Source: Mayamaea pseudoterrestris (taxonomy: Eukaryota). From it: 64,000 nucleotides of DNA. Within the stretch, counting starts at the first letter, position 1. Each line of letters opens with the position of its first letter. The position numbers were made by a program, and so were the translations under genes. The notes below the pieces were generated by a model, which was not told the DNA's origin, made no database searches, and saw only the letters and a program-made list of their open reading frames with translations. Where the stretch lies: positions 992,001 to 1,056,000 of the forward strand of contig BROI01000010.1 of assembly GCA_027923505.1 (NCBI GenBank). Direction: 5' to 3'. This document shows positions 53,641 to 64,000 of this stretch, in pieces.

Positions 53641-53656
53641 AAACATTACCACCTAC

Positions 53657-55648
53657 ATGGATGCGCTTATTATCAAAGCAAAGCCATTAATTAATGCGGG
53701 TCAGTATCCGCATTCCCTGACCACCAAAGTGCTGAAAAACCTTCTCCAAGCAGGAGGCGAGCGCTGCCTTGAAAACACTGGCGGCGAGGAGTTCATAGAC
53801 GAAATGAAAGCTTGGAAAGCTAAGCATGTCATTGGCTTGAAAGCTTGCTCGAATATGACTCCAACGGATCAGGATGCTTACATGACGCGTGAGCATCTAA
53901 CATTAAAGGATTTGGCGCAGGTAGCTAATACTGCTTACCGCCAGATTCATGCGGCAAATGACTGGGTTCCCGCCAAGAATCCGCGCGACAAGACTGCCAT
54001 TCCGCCCGCCTTTGGAGGCGTTGTTCAACTTGACAAAGCCAAGGCAAACGGAAGGGGAGCAAAGGAGGAGAAGACTTGTCACATTTGCCATAAGCCCGGC
54101 CATTTTCAGCGCGATTGCCCACAGGCAACGACCGTGAAAACTAGCAACAAGCGCGGCGCTCCCAAAGGAAATGGAAAAGGGAAGCCCAAGACTGCTCCAA
54201 AGAGTGGAAAGGGTGCTTCGTCAAAGGCGATTGACGATGTCCATCACTACCATGCGCCATGGCGGCGAATTGCTCCTTCAGCATCGCAGCCATCTACCAT
54301 TGAAAAGGGAGGAAAGACCTACCATTGGTGCGCGCATTGCAACAAGTGGCAACTTAACCATGGCACTGACGAGCACACTGGAAGTAAATCTGCTCCGGCT
54401 GCTGCTCCCAATGGTGGTCATCTTGCTTGGTTTGATACGCCAGCTGCTTATCTAGCTATCGAGGATCCATCAGCTTGCGCCCAAGCCGCCGCTGACGCCA
54501 AAGCCCTTGCTTTAGCCAATGACGATTGTTCTCTTGAAGAAGGTGAAGAAGCTGTCATTGACGAGATTGCGTCTGCCATGGTGGACGGCGAGGATGCCAT
54601 TGCTTCCATTGTTGCTGATGATCCAATGATCATTGATGAGCATACGCCAGCGGCCATTGTCGCCAAGCTCTGCAATATTGAGCGCTCTCCTAGTGATGAT
54701 CGCTATGAGTCTGATGTGCAGTTTGCTCGGAATGCAGCTATTCAAGCGAGGGAGCTTGCAAGTGGTGTTAACGCTCCCCCTGCAAAGATTGCTAAGTTGA
54801 ATCCTGCTGCTCCAGCTTGGACGCCTCCTTCGAGCCCCAACTCCGAGCCATCTGCCAAGCGCCCTACCAAGCCAAACAAGGTGCTTTACCGTCGCTCTCG
54901 CAGTCTCTCTCCAAGTGCACTTTCATTTGTGCTTATGATTGGATTGATTTGCTTGGTGAATTCGTGCTCAGCAGCTCGATTGGTTAAGCGCCCAGCTTCG
55001 GCCCTGCCTGTGAGCCATTTGACTTTAAGTGAGGCATTCTTCACTGTGACTCGAACTGTTTCATCTCTTGTTCATTCAAATAACGCAACTGAGACTCAGG
55101 CTTTGCATACTGCTGTGGCCCAGCAGTTTGCCAATACAACAGCTGCCCTTGGCGAGAGTCTCCATTTGGCTGATCAACTTGGCCATTCCATCATGACAGT
55201 TGGTTGCGAGAGCCTTTCTCTTGTCCATGTCATCGGCCGTTTGATTTACCATCATTGGCGTTTGATGGTGCCTGGGATTCTTTGGTTGACGCTCACTAGT
55301 GTCGCCATTGCTTTGATATTTTGGAAGCCACCTGCAAAGCCTCCTCGGCATTCGGATCGACGCCATCGTCGCTTCTATCTCCATCAAGACCGCCGCAATC
55401 GTCGCTCTGTTTCAAGGTTCCAACGGTTCCGTTTCTTATTCCATCGGTTTCACCGTCTCCGTCGGTTTCGGAAGCGGGTAATCCCTTGGTTTTTGCGTCT
55501 CCAGGCCAAGTTCCTTGCCTTCTTGCGCGCCATTTTATGCAGGTTGCCTTCCAACGAGGGAGAACCATGGCATTTGCATGCTCGAAGACGAGGCCCAGCT
55601 CGAGTCCAACCAAGAAACCGTGCTCAGCAGCATCATCGCAATGGTTGA
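53657..55648 (+). CDS. gag: Gag (probably N-terminally truncated) with CCHC zinc knuckle and long C-terminal extension
   Basis: CHICHKPGHFQRDC (54077-54118), a second Cys/His motif WCAHCNKWQLNHGTDEH, two hydrophobic segments and an Arg-rich tail. Confidence 0.8.
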   Translation: MDALIIKAKPLINAGQYPHSLTTKVLKNLLQAGGERCLENTGGEEFIDEMKAWKAKHVIGLKACSNMTPTDQDAYMTREHLTLKDLAQVANTAYRQIHAANDWVPAKNPRDKTAIPPAFGGVVQLDKAKANGRGAKEEKTCHICHKPGHFQRDCPQATTVKTSNKRGAPKGNGKGKPKTAPKSGKGASSKAIDDVHHYHAPWRRIAPSASQPSTIEKGGKTYHWCAHCNKWQLNHGTDEHTGSKSAPAAAPNGGHLAWFDTPAAYLAIEDPSACAQAAADAKALALANDDCSLEEGEEAVIDEIASAMVDGEDAIASIVADDPMIIDEHTPAAIVAKLCNIERSPSDDRYESDVQFARNAAIQARELASGVNAPPAKIAKLNPAAPAWTPPSSPNSEPSAKRPTKPNKVLYRRSRSLSPSALSFVLMIGLICLVNSCSAARLVKRPASALPVSHLTLSEAFFTVTRTVSSLVHSNNATETQALHTAVAQQFANTTAALGESLHLADQLGHSIMTVGCESLSLVHVIGRLIYHHWRLMVPGILWLTLTSVAIALIFWKPPAKPPRHSDRRHRRFYLHQDRRNRRSVSRFQRFRFLFHRFHRLRRFRKRVIPWFLRLQAKFLAFLRAILCRLPSNEGEPWHLHARRRGPARVQPRNRAQQHHRNG

Positions 55649-57785
55649 AACCATGGACAGTGCCCACGCCCAAGTCCACACCAAGCGCAGCGCCATCGCC
55701 AGCGTCCTCGCCAAGGCCCAGACCAAAGCCAAGTGCCGCGCCGTCGCCCAGCTCGCGACCAACCATGGCGCCCTCGGACTGCCCACGCAGTTGCCGTTGC
55801 TCCGCCCTTGGTCATTAATGCTCGCGCTGAGGCTCTCCGTTCAACCTTTCGACAAGCTCAAGCTGCCAATCAAGTTAATGAGGCTTACGAGAATATGATC
55901 AGTGACCGCCTTCGCGCCCAAGAGGAAGATTGGAACGCATGGCTAAATGATACGCTTCTTTATCAATATGAAGAGCGCCATCGGATTCGCAATCGAGACT
56001 GGCGTAATGATCACTGGCGTAATGATCCATTGATTACAACGCCTGATGGAGTCACCTACTTCAGTATAGCTCACGCAGATCGGGAGCGGCAAGCCCGTCG
56101 GCGTCAACCGTTCCGCTTTAAAACTGACAAGGCGCCAACGCCTTTGCCTCCACCAGTGCCGCAAGCTTCAATTCAAGCAATTGATCCAATGCCACAAGAG
56201 GTGTTTGCGTCTGTTGTGTTTGGGGATTTTTCAGATTTCGACAATTTTGGAGAAGCCTACCAAGCGTCCCACTTGGAATCTGCCCAGCCGAATATACCAA
56301 CATTGAGCCAATCTCTCTTTAACAATAAATATCGCAAGTCCCCGCCAGCACCACCGTGCAAGGAGAAGGACAAGATGCTGCCAGTAATCTGGGATTCAGG
56401 AGCAAGCATCTCCATTTCGCCAAGCCGCGACGACTTTGTTGGCCCCATTCAGCCAGCGCCAAGTGTTCGTTTGAATGGTCTCTTCAAAGATGGTCGAGTT
56501 AAAGGCAAAGGGTTTGTCGCCTGGAGCTTTCTAGACAATGGAGGCATGCTTCGCACAGTAAAGGTTCCAGCATACTGGATCCCTGAGGCCAAAGTGCGTC
56601 TCTTGAGTATGCCAGGGTTGCTGCAGCAGTATCCAAATGAAGTTATATATGCCGATCGCCGAGCTATCTACTTGAGCGGTTCTGTGGAGCGAGTCCACAA
56701 GGATGGCTCTATAACGAATGATGGTGTTGAGGCTCCAATTGATCCTCTTACCAACTTGCCGACTGCTATCGCATACGATCTCAGTGGCATGCCAAGTTCT
56801 TACAGTGCTGGCGAGGCGCCTTTGCCTCCGCCTGGTCCTGGTCCTGGTCCAGCTCCTGCTCAGCAGCCGCCGCGCGGTCCACCGCCAGCCGATGGTCCTC
56901 CAAGTGATGGAGGAGCAAGCGCGCCCACCAGACGCCCTTGCCGTGAGCCAAGACCACCGCCAAGCCAAAGCTCCTCCGTCGCCAGCTCGAATACCAACTT
57001 GTCTGAGGCTGAAAAGGAATTGCTCCGTTGGCATTTCCGTCTTGGTCATTTGAACTTTAAAACCATTCAGTTTCTAATGCGTGGTGGAACGCTTGCTAAC
57101 TCTGAGTCGGCGCGCCGTCTCCATAGAGCTTGCGCAACTTTGCAGCCGTGTCCCAAGTGCACTGCCTGCATGTACGCCAAGCAGCGAGTGCGTTCCTCTC
57201 CTGGTCAAACAACCAAAGTTGTTAAAGACCGAGTTGATGCTTTGCGCCGAGACAATCTTCTCCCAGGCCAGCGCATCTCCGTTGATCACTTTGTTTGCTC
57301 TACAAAAGGACGCCTTTTCTCCTCGCGTGGCAAGACAAAGGAAACTGCCATGAACACTGGCGGTTGTGTGTTTGTTGATCATGCATCCGGCTACGTTCAT
57401 CTTGAGCTGCAACAGCATTTAAATACGGATGATACATTAAGATCTAAAGAAGCTTTCGAGTTGTTCTGCCGTGATGTTGGAGTCATTCCCCTCAAGTATC
57501 TCTCCGACAATGGTGGTGCCTTTACGTCACAAGGCTTCTCCAAGCATCTTACAACTTTCCATCAAGTCAGTGCGCTTGCTGGAGTCGGTGCTCACCATCA
57601 TAATGGGATTGCCGAGCGTTGCATACAGACCATTATGTCTATTTCGCGCGCCATGTTGATGCATGCTAAGATCCATTGGCCCGATGTCGCCGATGTTTCA
57701 CTTTGGCCCATGGTCACCAAGCATGCCGTGTATCTTTGGAACAAGGTCCCTAATCTTCAGAGCGGCCTTTCTCCCCAAGATATCA
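55649..57785 (+). pseudogene. pol: Pol part 1: aspartic protease, GAG-pre-integrase domain and integrase core (same frame as gag, after a single TGA)
   Basis: VIWDSGASISIS; LLRWHFRLGHLNF...CPKCTAC; DDE core ISVDHF / YLSDNGGAF / HHNGIAERCIQT. The frame breaks at about 57781. Confidence 0.9.
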
Positions 57786-60144
57786 CGTTTGGGGGTCTCC
57801 AGTATATGTCCTTGATAAAACGATATCGGACGGCCACAAGTTGCCCCGTTGGCAGCCGCGGTCCCATCGCTGCATCTTTGTTGGAATGAGTGAAGCCCAT
57901 GCTAGCTCCGTTCCTTTGGTTTTAAATCCGCACTCGGGCGCCATTACGCCGCAGTTTCACGTCGTCTTTGATGACTGGTTTGCCACTGTGGCTGTAACTG
58001 AGTCGCAAATGCCGGATTTTGCCTCCACTGAGTGGTATAATCTCTTTGGAAACACGTCTCTTCAATATATCCCATTGGATGATGAAGACGAAGCCATAGC
58101 TACTGCTGAATTCGAGGCTGAGCCTGCCGTCTCCACTCGAGCGGATGCCGTTCGGGATGCTTTTGAGCGCCATGCTCCTCCTCGAGATTTGCAAGTCCCT
58201 CCTCCTGCTGAGTTGCCAGCGCCGCCTTCGTCGGCACCAAGCCAAGAGCCCGCCCAAGCGAGGGAGCCCGAGTCTCCGAGGGAGCTTCCAATTGAAGTGC
58301 AAGACGAATCTTCGCCTCCGAGGGAGCTGCCGGCTGATCCATCGCCATCTTCGGTCTCCAACAATGAGTCTCCGAGGGAGAATCCTACGGCTCCAACAGC
58401 TACGCCAAGTACTCGCCGTTCCAGTCGTGCCTCTAAGAAGCCATCCCGCCTCTCTTACGACGCCTCCGGAGCCCAAATCGAGTCAGTTTGTGACGCCAGT
58501 TTCGTCTCCTACTTTGCTGCTTTTAATATTGCTGCTCCAGCCCTCTACAAGGCTGCCGCATCGGATCCAGATACTTTAACTTGGGATCAAGCCATGGCTG
58601 ATCATGCTCATGTAAAGCATTGGCAAGCTGCCGCCGAGAAGGAGATTCAATCGTTGGAGTCCAAAGGAACATGGACTGAAGTCCCCAAGTCGGAAGCCAA
58701 GACCAAAATTCTTCCAGGTACTTGGGTGTTTCGCCGTAAGCGCTCCCCAGATGGGACAATTAAGAAGTACAAAGCTCGCTACTGCGTTCGAGGTGATCTG
58801 CAAGAAGGCGACTTTGAAACGTACGCACCAGTTGTGGCATGGTCGACCATCCGATTGATGTTGATTCTAGCCCTTAACCTTAACTGGTATGCTTGCTCCA
58901 CGGATTTTGCCAGTGCATTTGTCCAAGCCGAGCTCCATGACCCAGTATGGATCCATCTCCCTCGCGGTTTTCACACGAGTAAAGGCTCCGGCATGTATTT
59001 GCGCCTCCTAAAGAGTCTTTACGGATTGACTGTAGCCCCTCGGCTATGGTTTGAGCATTTGAAGGCAGCCCTTATCAAGCTCGGTCTGAAACAAAGCTAC
59101 TTTGATCCTTGTTTGTTCTATGGAAAGAACTTGGTGATGTGTTGCTTTGTGGACGATTCCATCTTTGTCGCTAAGACATCCAAGCTTGTCGATGCCTTCA
59201 TTGAAAAGCTTCGCGCTCTCGGTTTTGAGCTTACCAAGGAAGACACCCTGTGTGAATACCTTGGAATTAAAATGGAGCGCGACGACAAGGCAGGTACCAT
59301 TACCTTGACCCAGCCAGGATTGATTGACAAGATTGTTGCTTCTGCAAATATGACTAATTGCAATCCAACTTTGACACCAACAAGTCTCTTGGCCCTCGGC
59401 TCGGATCCCCATGGTCCAGGCATGAAAGAAACTTGGGGCTACTCGTCCATTGTCGGGATGCTCCTTTACTTGTCAATCAATACTCGCCCCGACATCGCAT
59501 ACGCTGTCAGTCAAGCTGCTCGGTTCAATGCTGCTCCAAAGCAGTCTCATGCCGCTGCAGTAAAAATGATTGTACGCTACCTCAAAGGCACGCGCAATCA
59601 TGGTACAGTTATCAAGCCAACGGGAACTCTCGCCTTAGATCTCTACGTTGATGCTGATTTTGCCGGTCTCCATCGACGGGAACCAGATGAATTGCCAGTC
59701 TCAGTTCGATCCCGCACTGGGTACATCATCTTGCTGTCTGGTTGTCCGTTAGTGTGGAAATCCCAGTTGCAGACGGAGATTTCGCTCTCGACCCTTGAAG
59801 CCGAGTACAGCGCTCTCTCCTTTGCCCTCAAGACTTTGCTTCCTTTAAAGCGAATTCTATCCGAGGTGATTGCCGTTCTAGATGTGCCATCTCCTCTCAA
59901 GACTTCCATCAAGGCTCGCGTCTTTGAAGACAATCAAGGCGCCTACTATTTAGCCATCAACCACAAGTTGACAAACCGCACTAAGTACTTTCTGGTCAAG
60001 TTCCATTGGTTCTGGAGCCATTACAAGCGCGGTGAATTTGAAGTCCTTAAGGTCGACACGACCAACCAGTTAGCAGACTATCTGACAAAGGGCCTCCCAC
60101 GTGATTCCTTCATCAAGAATCGCTTAGCTGTCCAGCGCAATTAA
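57781..60144 (+). CDS. pol: Pol part 2: integrase C-terminus, reverse transcriptase and RNase H
   Basis: HVWGSPVYVL, WVFRRKRSPDGTIKKYKARYCVRGD, YAPVV, DFASAF, KSLYGL, CFVDDS, YVDADFAG, STLEAEY, EDNQGA and QLADYLTKGL in one open frame ending at TAA 60144. Confidence 0.95.
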   Translation, partial: YHVWGSPVYVLDKTISDGHKLPRWQPRSHRCIFVGMSEAHASSVPLVLNPHSGAITPQFHVVFDDWFATVAVTESQMPDFASTEWYNLFGNTSLQYIPLDDEDEAIATAEFEAEPAVSTRADAVRDAFERHAPPRDLQVPPPAELPAPPSSAPSQEPAQAREPESPRELPIEVQDESSPPRELPADPSPSSVSNNESPRENPTAPTATPSTRRSSRASKKPSRLSYDASGAQIESVCDASFVSYFAAFNIAAPALYKAAASDPDTLTWDQAMADHAHVKHWQAAAEKEIQSLESKGTWTEVPKSEAKTKILPGTWVFRRKRSPDGTIKKYKARYCVRGDLQEGDFETYAPVVAWSTIRLMLILALNLNWYACSTDFASAFVQAELHDPVWIHLPRGFHTSKGSGMYLRLLKSLYGLTVAPRLWFEHLKAALIKLGLKQSYFDPCLFYGKNLVMCCFVDDSIFVAKTSKLVDAFIEKLRALGFELTKEDTLCEYLGIKMERDDKAGTITLTQPGLIDKIVASANMTNCNPTLTPTSLLALGSDPHGPGMKETWGYSSIVGMLLYLSINTRPDIAYAVSQAARFNAAPKQSHAAAVKMIVRYLKGTRNHGTVIKPTGTLALDLYVDADFAGLHRREPDELPVSVRSRTGYIILLSGCPLVWKSQLQTEISLSTLEAEYSALSFALKTLLPLKRILSEVIAVLDVPSPLKTSIKARVFEDNQGAYYLAINHKLTNRTKYFLVKFHWFWSHYKRGEFEVLKVDTTNQLADYLTKGLPRDSFIKNRLAVQRN

Positions 60145-60160
60145 CCCAGCACGAGATAGC

Positions 60161-60169
60161 GAGGGAGAG
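60161..60169 (+). other. Polypurine tract (gagggagag), followed by the putative 3' LTR start tcgcag
   Basis: Purine run 16 nt after the pol stop codon. Confidence 0.7.
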
Positions 60170-60340
60170 TCGCAGTTGAAGGTGTATCACTTCCTACCGA
60201 GGTGCAACAACGCCCCAACGGGTCGTGGGCCAACCGTGATGCCCACATGGCGAGGCAGTAATAACCTCAGTTAATACCCGCCTTCGTCAATGAGTTGCAG
60301 TGCCCTTGTGAATAACAGTCCAGGGTAGAAGCATTGCATC

Positions 60341-63300
60341 GGTATGCCATTGACAGGTGCAGAGTCTCAAATGGTGCAAAAAGGACTGCCTGGAGGCTGC
60401 CATCATGGGTACGGCCTCCACTGGGGGTATGTCCAACACCACAAGTTGCAGATTCATCCCTGTCAAACGCCCCATGCCCTGGCCACCCAAATACCCAATG
60501 AGTCAGGCAAAACATGTCCAGGGTATGCCATTGACAGGTGCATAGTCTCAAATGGTGCAAAAAGGACTGCCTGGAGGCTGACAACATGGGTACGGCCTCC
60601 ACTGTGGGTATGGCCAACACCACAAGTTGCAGATTCTTCCCTGTCAAACGCCCCATGCCCTGGCCACCCAAATACCCAATGAGTCAGGCAAAACATGTCC
60701 AGAGTATGCCATTGACAGGTGCAGAGTCACAAAAGGTGCAAAAAATACTGCCTGGAGGCTGATACCATGGGTACGGCCTCCACTGTGGGTATGGCCAACA
60801 CCACAAGTTGCAGATTCTTCCCTGTCAAACGCCCCATGCCCTGGCCACCCAAATACCCAATGAGTCAGGCAAAACATGTCCAGGGTATGCCATTGACAGG
60901 TGCAGAGTCTCAAATGGTGCAAAAAGGACTGCCTGGAGGCTGCCAACATGGGTACGGCCTCCACGGTGGGTATGGCCAACACCACAAGTTGCAGATTCTT
61001 CCCTGTCAAACGCCCCATGCCCTGGCCACCCAAATACCCAATGAGTCAGGCAAAACATGTCCAGGGTATGCCATTGACAGGTGCAGAGTCTCAAATGGTG
61101 CAAAAAGGACTGCCTGGAGGCTGACACCATGGGTACGGCCTCCACTGGGGGTATGGCCAACACCACAAGTTGCAGATTCTTCCCTGTCAAACGCCCCATG
61201 CCCTGGCCACCTAAATACCCAATGAGTCAGGCAAAACATGTCCAGGGTATGCTATTGACAGGTGCAGAGTCTCAAATGGTGCAAAAAGGACTGCCTGGAG
61301 GCTGACACCATGGGTACGGACTCCACTGTGGGTATGGCCAACACCACAAGTTACAGATTCTTCCCTGTCAAATGCCCCATGCCCTGGCCACCCAAATACC
61401 CAATCAGTCAGGCAAAACATGTCCAAGGTATGCCATTGACAGGTGCATAGTCTCAAATGGTGCAAAAAGGACTGCCTGGAGGCTGACAACATGGGTACGG
61501 CCTCCACTGTGGGTATGGCCAACAACACAAGTTGCAGATTCTTCCCTGTCAAATGCCCCATGCCCTGGCCACCCAAATGCCCAATGAGTCAGGCAAAAGA
61601 TGTCCAGGGAAGGCCATTGACAGGTGCAGAGTCTCAAATGGTGCAAAAAGGACTGCCTGGAGGCTGACAACATGGGTACGGCCTCCACTGTGGGTATGGC
61701 CAACAACACAAGTTGCAGATTCTTCCCTGTCAAATGCCCCATGCCCTGGCGACCCAAATGCCCAATGAGTCAGGCAAAAGATGTCCAGGGAAGGCCATTG
61801 ACAGGTGCAGAGTCTCAAATGGTGCAAAAAGGATTGCCTGGAGGCTGACAACATGGGTACGGCCTCCACTGTGGGTATGGCCAACAACACAAGTTGCAGA
61901 TTCTTCCCTGTCAAATGCCCCATGCCCTGGCGACCCAAATGCCTCAGGCAAAAGATGTCCAGGGAAGGCCATTGACAGGTGCAGAGTCTCAAATGGTGCA
62001 AAAAGGATTGCCTGGAGGCTGACACCATGCGTATGGCCTCCACTGTGGGTATGGCCAACACCACAAGTTGCAGATTCTTCCCTGTCAAACGTCCCATGCC
62101 CTGGCCACCCAAATACCCAATGAGTCAGACAAAACGTGTCCAGGGTATGTCATTGACAGGTGCAGAGTCTCAAATGGTGCAAAAAGGACTGCCTGGAGGC
62201 TGACACCATGGGTACGGCCTCCACGGTGGGTATGGCCAACACCACAAGTTGTCGATTCTGACCTGTCAAACGCCTCATGCCCTGGCCACCCAAATACCCA
62301 ATGAGTCAGGCAAAACATGTCCAGGGTATGCCATTGACAGGTGCAGAGTCTCAAATGGTGCAAAAAGGACTGCCTGGAGGTGGAGGCTGACACCATGGGT
62401 ACGGCCTCCACTGTGGGTATGGCCAACACCACAAGTTGCAGATTCTTCCCTGTCAAACGCCCCATGCCCTGGCCACCCAAATACCCAATGAGTCAGGCAA
62501 AACATGTCCAGGGTATGCCATTGACAGGTGCAGAGTCTCAAATGGTGCAAAAAGGACTGCCTGGAGGCTGACACCATGGGTACGGCCTCCACGGTGGGTA
62601 TGGCCAACACCACAAGTTGTCGATTCTTACCTGTCAAACGCCCCATGCCCTGGCCAGCCAAATACCCAATGAGTCAGGCCAAACATGTCCAGGGTATGCC
62701 ATTGACAGGTGCAGAGTCTCAAATGGTGCAAAAAGGACTGCCTGGAGGCTGACACCATGGGTACGGCATCCACGGTGGGTATGGCCAACACCACAAGTTG
62801 TCGATTCTTACCTGTCAAACGCCCCATGCCCTGGCCACCCAAATACCCAATGAGTCAGGCCAAACATGTCCAGGGTATGCCATTGACAGGTGCGGAGTCT
62901 CAAATGGTGCAAAAAGGACTGCCTGGAGGCTGACACCATGGGTACGGCCTCCACGGTGGGTATGGCCAACACCACAAGTTGTCAATTCTGACCTGTCAAA
63001 CGCCCCATGCCCTGGCCACCCAAATACCCAATGAGTCAGGCCAAACATGTCCAGGGTATGCCATTGACAGGTGCAGAGTCTCAAATGGTGCAAAAAGGAC
63101 TGCCTGGAGGCTGACACCATGGGTACGGCCTCCACGGTGGGTATGGCCAACACCACAAGTTGTCGATTCTGACCTGTCAAACGCCCCATGCCCTGGCCAC
63201 CCAAATACCCAATGAGTCAGGCAAAACATGTCCAGGGTATGCCATTGACAGGTGCATAGTCTCAAATGGTGCAAAAAGGACTGCCTGGAGGCTGACACCA

Positions 63301-64000
63301 TGGGTACGGCCTCCACGGTGGGTATGGCCAACACCACAAGTTGTTGATTCTGACCTGTCAAACGCCCCATGCCCTGGCCACCCAAATACCCAATGATTCA
63401 GGCCAAACATGTCCAGGGTATGCCATTGACAGGTGCAGAGTCTCAAATGGTGCAAAAAGGACTGCCCGGAGGCTGAAAACATGAATACGGCCTCCACTGT
63501 GGGTGTGCCAACACCACAAGTTGCAGATTCTTCCCTGTCAAACGCCCCATGCCCTGGCCACCCAAATACCCAATGAGTCAGGCAAAACATGTCCAGGGTA
63601 TGCCATTGACAGGTGCATAGTCTCAAATGGTGCAAAAAGGACTGCCTGGAGGCTGACACCATGGGTACGGCCTCCACGGTGGGTATGGCCAACACCACAA
63701 GTTGCAGATTCTTCCCTGTCAAACGCCCCATGCCCTGGCCACCCAAATACCCAATGAGTCAGGCAAAACATGTCCAGGGTATGCCATTGACAGGTGCATA
63801 GTCTCAAATGGTGCAAAAAGGACTGCCTGGAGGCTGGCACCATGGGTACGTCCTCCACTGTGGGTATGGCCAACACCACAAGTTGCAGATTCTTCCCTAT
63901 CAAATGCCTCATGCCCTGGCCACCCAAATACCCTATGAATCAGGCCAAACATGTCCAGGGTATGCCATTGACAGGTGCAGAGTCTCAAATGGTGCAAAAA
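60341..64000 (+). repeat. Satellite A array: 181-bp monomer, about 20 copies, continues off the window
   Basis: Period 181 (60357, 60538, 60719, 60900, 61081, 61262). Monomers are visibly more variable than Sat-B. Confidence 0.97.

Larger units (their letters stand above)
53657..60340 (+). mobile_element. Ty1/Copia LTR retrotransposon (CoDi-like), 5'-truncated and probably inactive
   Basis: Domain order gag - protease - integrase - RT - RNase H defines Copia. A PPT and LTR start follow. No 5' LTR or PBS is visible. Confidence 0.93.

Noticed and set aside
58260..58385. Repeated tccgagggag (SPRE) units in the INT-RT linker
   Set aside because: Ordinary low-complexity duplication in the variable Copia linker.
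53687..59933. Antisense and alternate-frame ORFs over gag-pol
   Set aside because: Shadow ORFs of a long coding sequence with no independent domain evidence.
51870..60345. Target-site duplication around the whole TE island
   Set aside because: The left flank (gtggc, Sat-B) and right flank (Sat-A, different register) do not match.

Overview
This is eukaryotic heterochromatin-like sequence with no host genes. About 55 kb is tandem satellite DNA with nucleosome-sized monomers, in the order A - B - C - B - retrotransposon island - A. Sat-A is a 181-bp monomer at both window ends. Sat-B is a 352-bp dimer (180+172 bp, homologous to A), about 85 copies. Sat-C is a 169-bp monomer, about 112 copies. 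The 8.5-kb island (51875-60340) holds two 5'-truncated Ty1/Copia elements pointing away from each other: a minus-strand RT/RNase H remnant and a plus-strand gag-PR-INT-RT-RH element with one in-frame stop and one deletion/frameshift. Their motifs resemble diatom/stramenopile CoDi-type Copia. The most notable observations are: (1) Sat-A and Sat-C monomers are nested fold-back palindromes, with remnants in Sat-B; (2) the LTR-like units have non-canonical, co-varying termini (TT..AA, TA..TA, TC..GA), each directly after a GGGGAG-type polypurine tract; (3) an 82-nt tRNA-Leu-like Pol III cassette lies inside one LTR-like unit; (4) the gag ORF carries two membrane-type segments. Several junctions and the 34-41 kb zone look like long-read consensus noise and need read-level checking.
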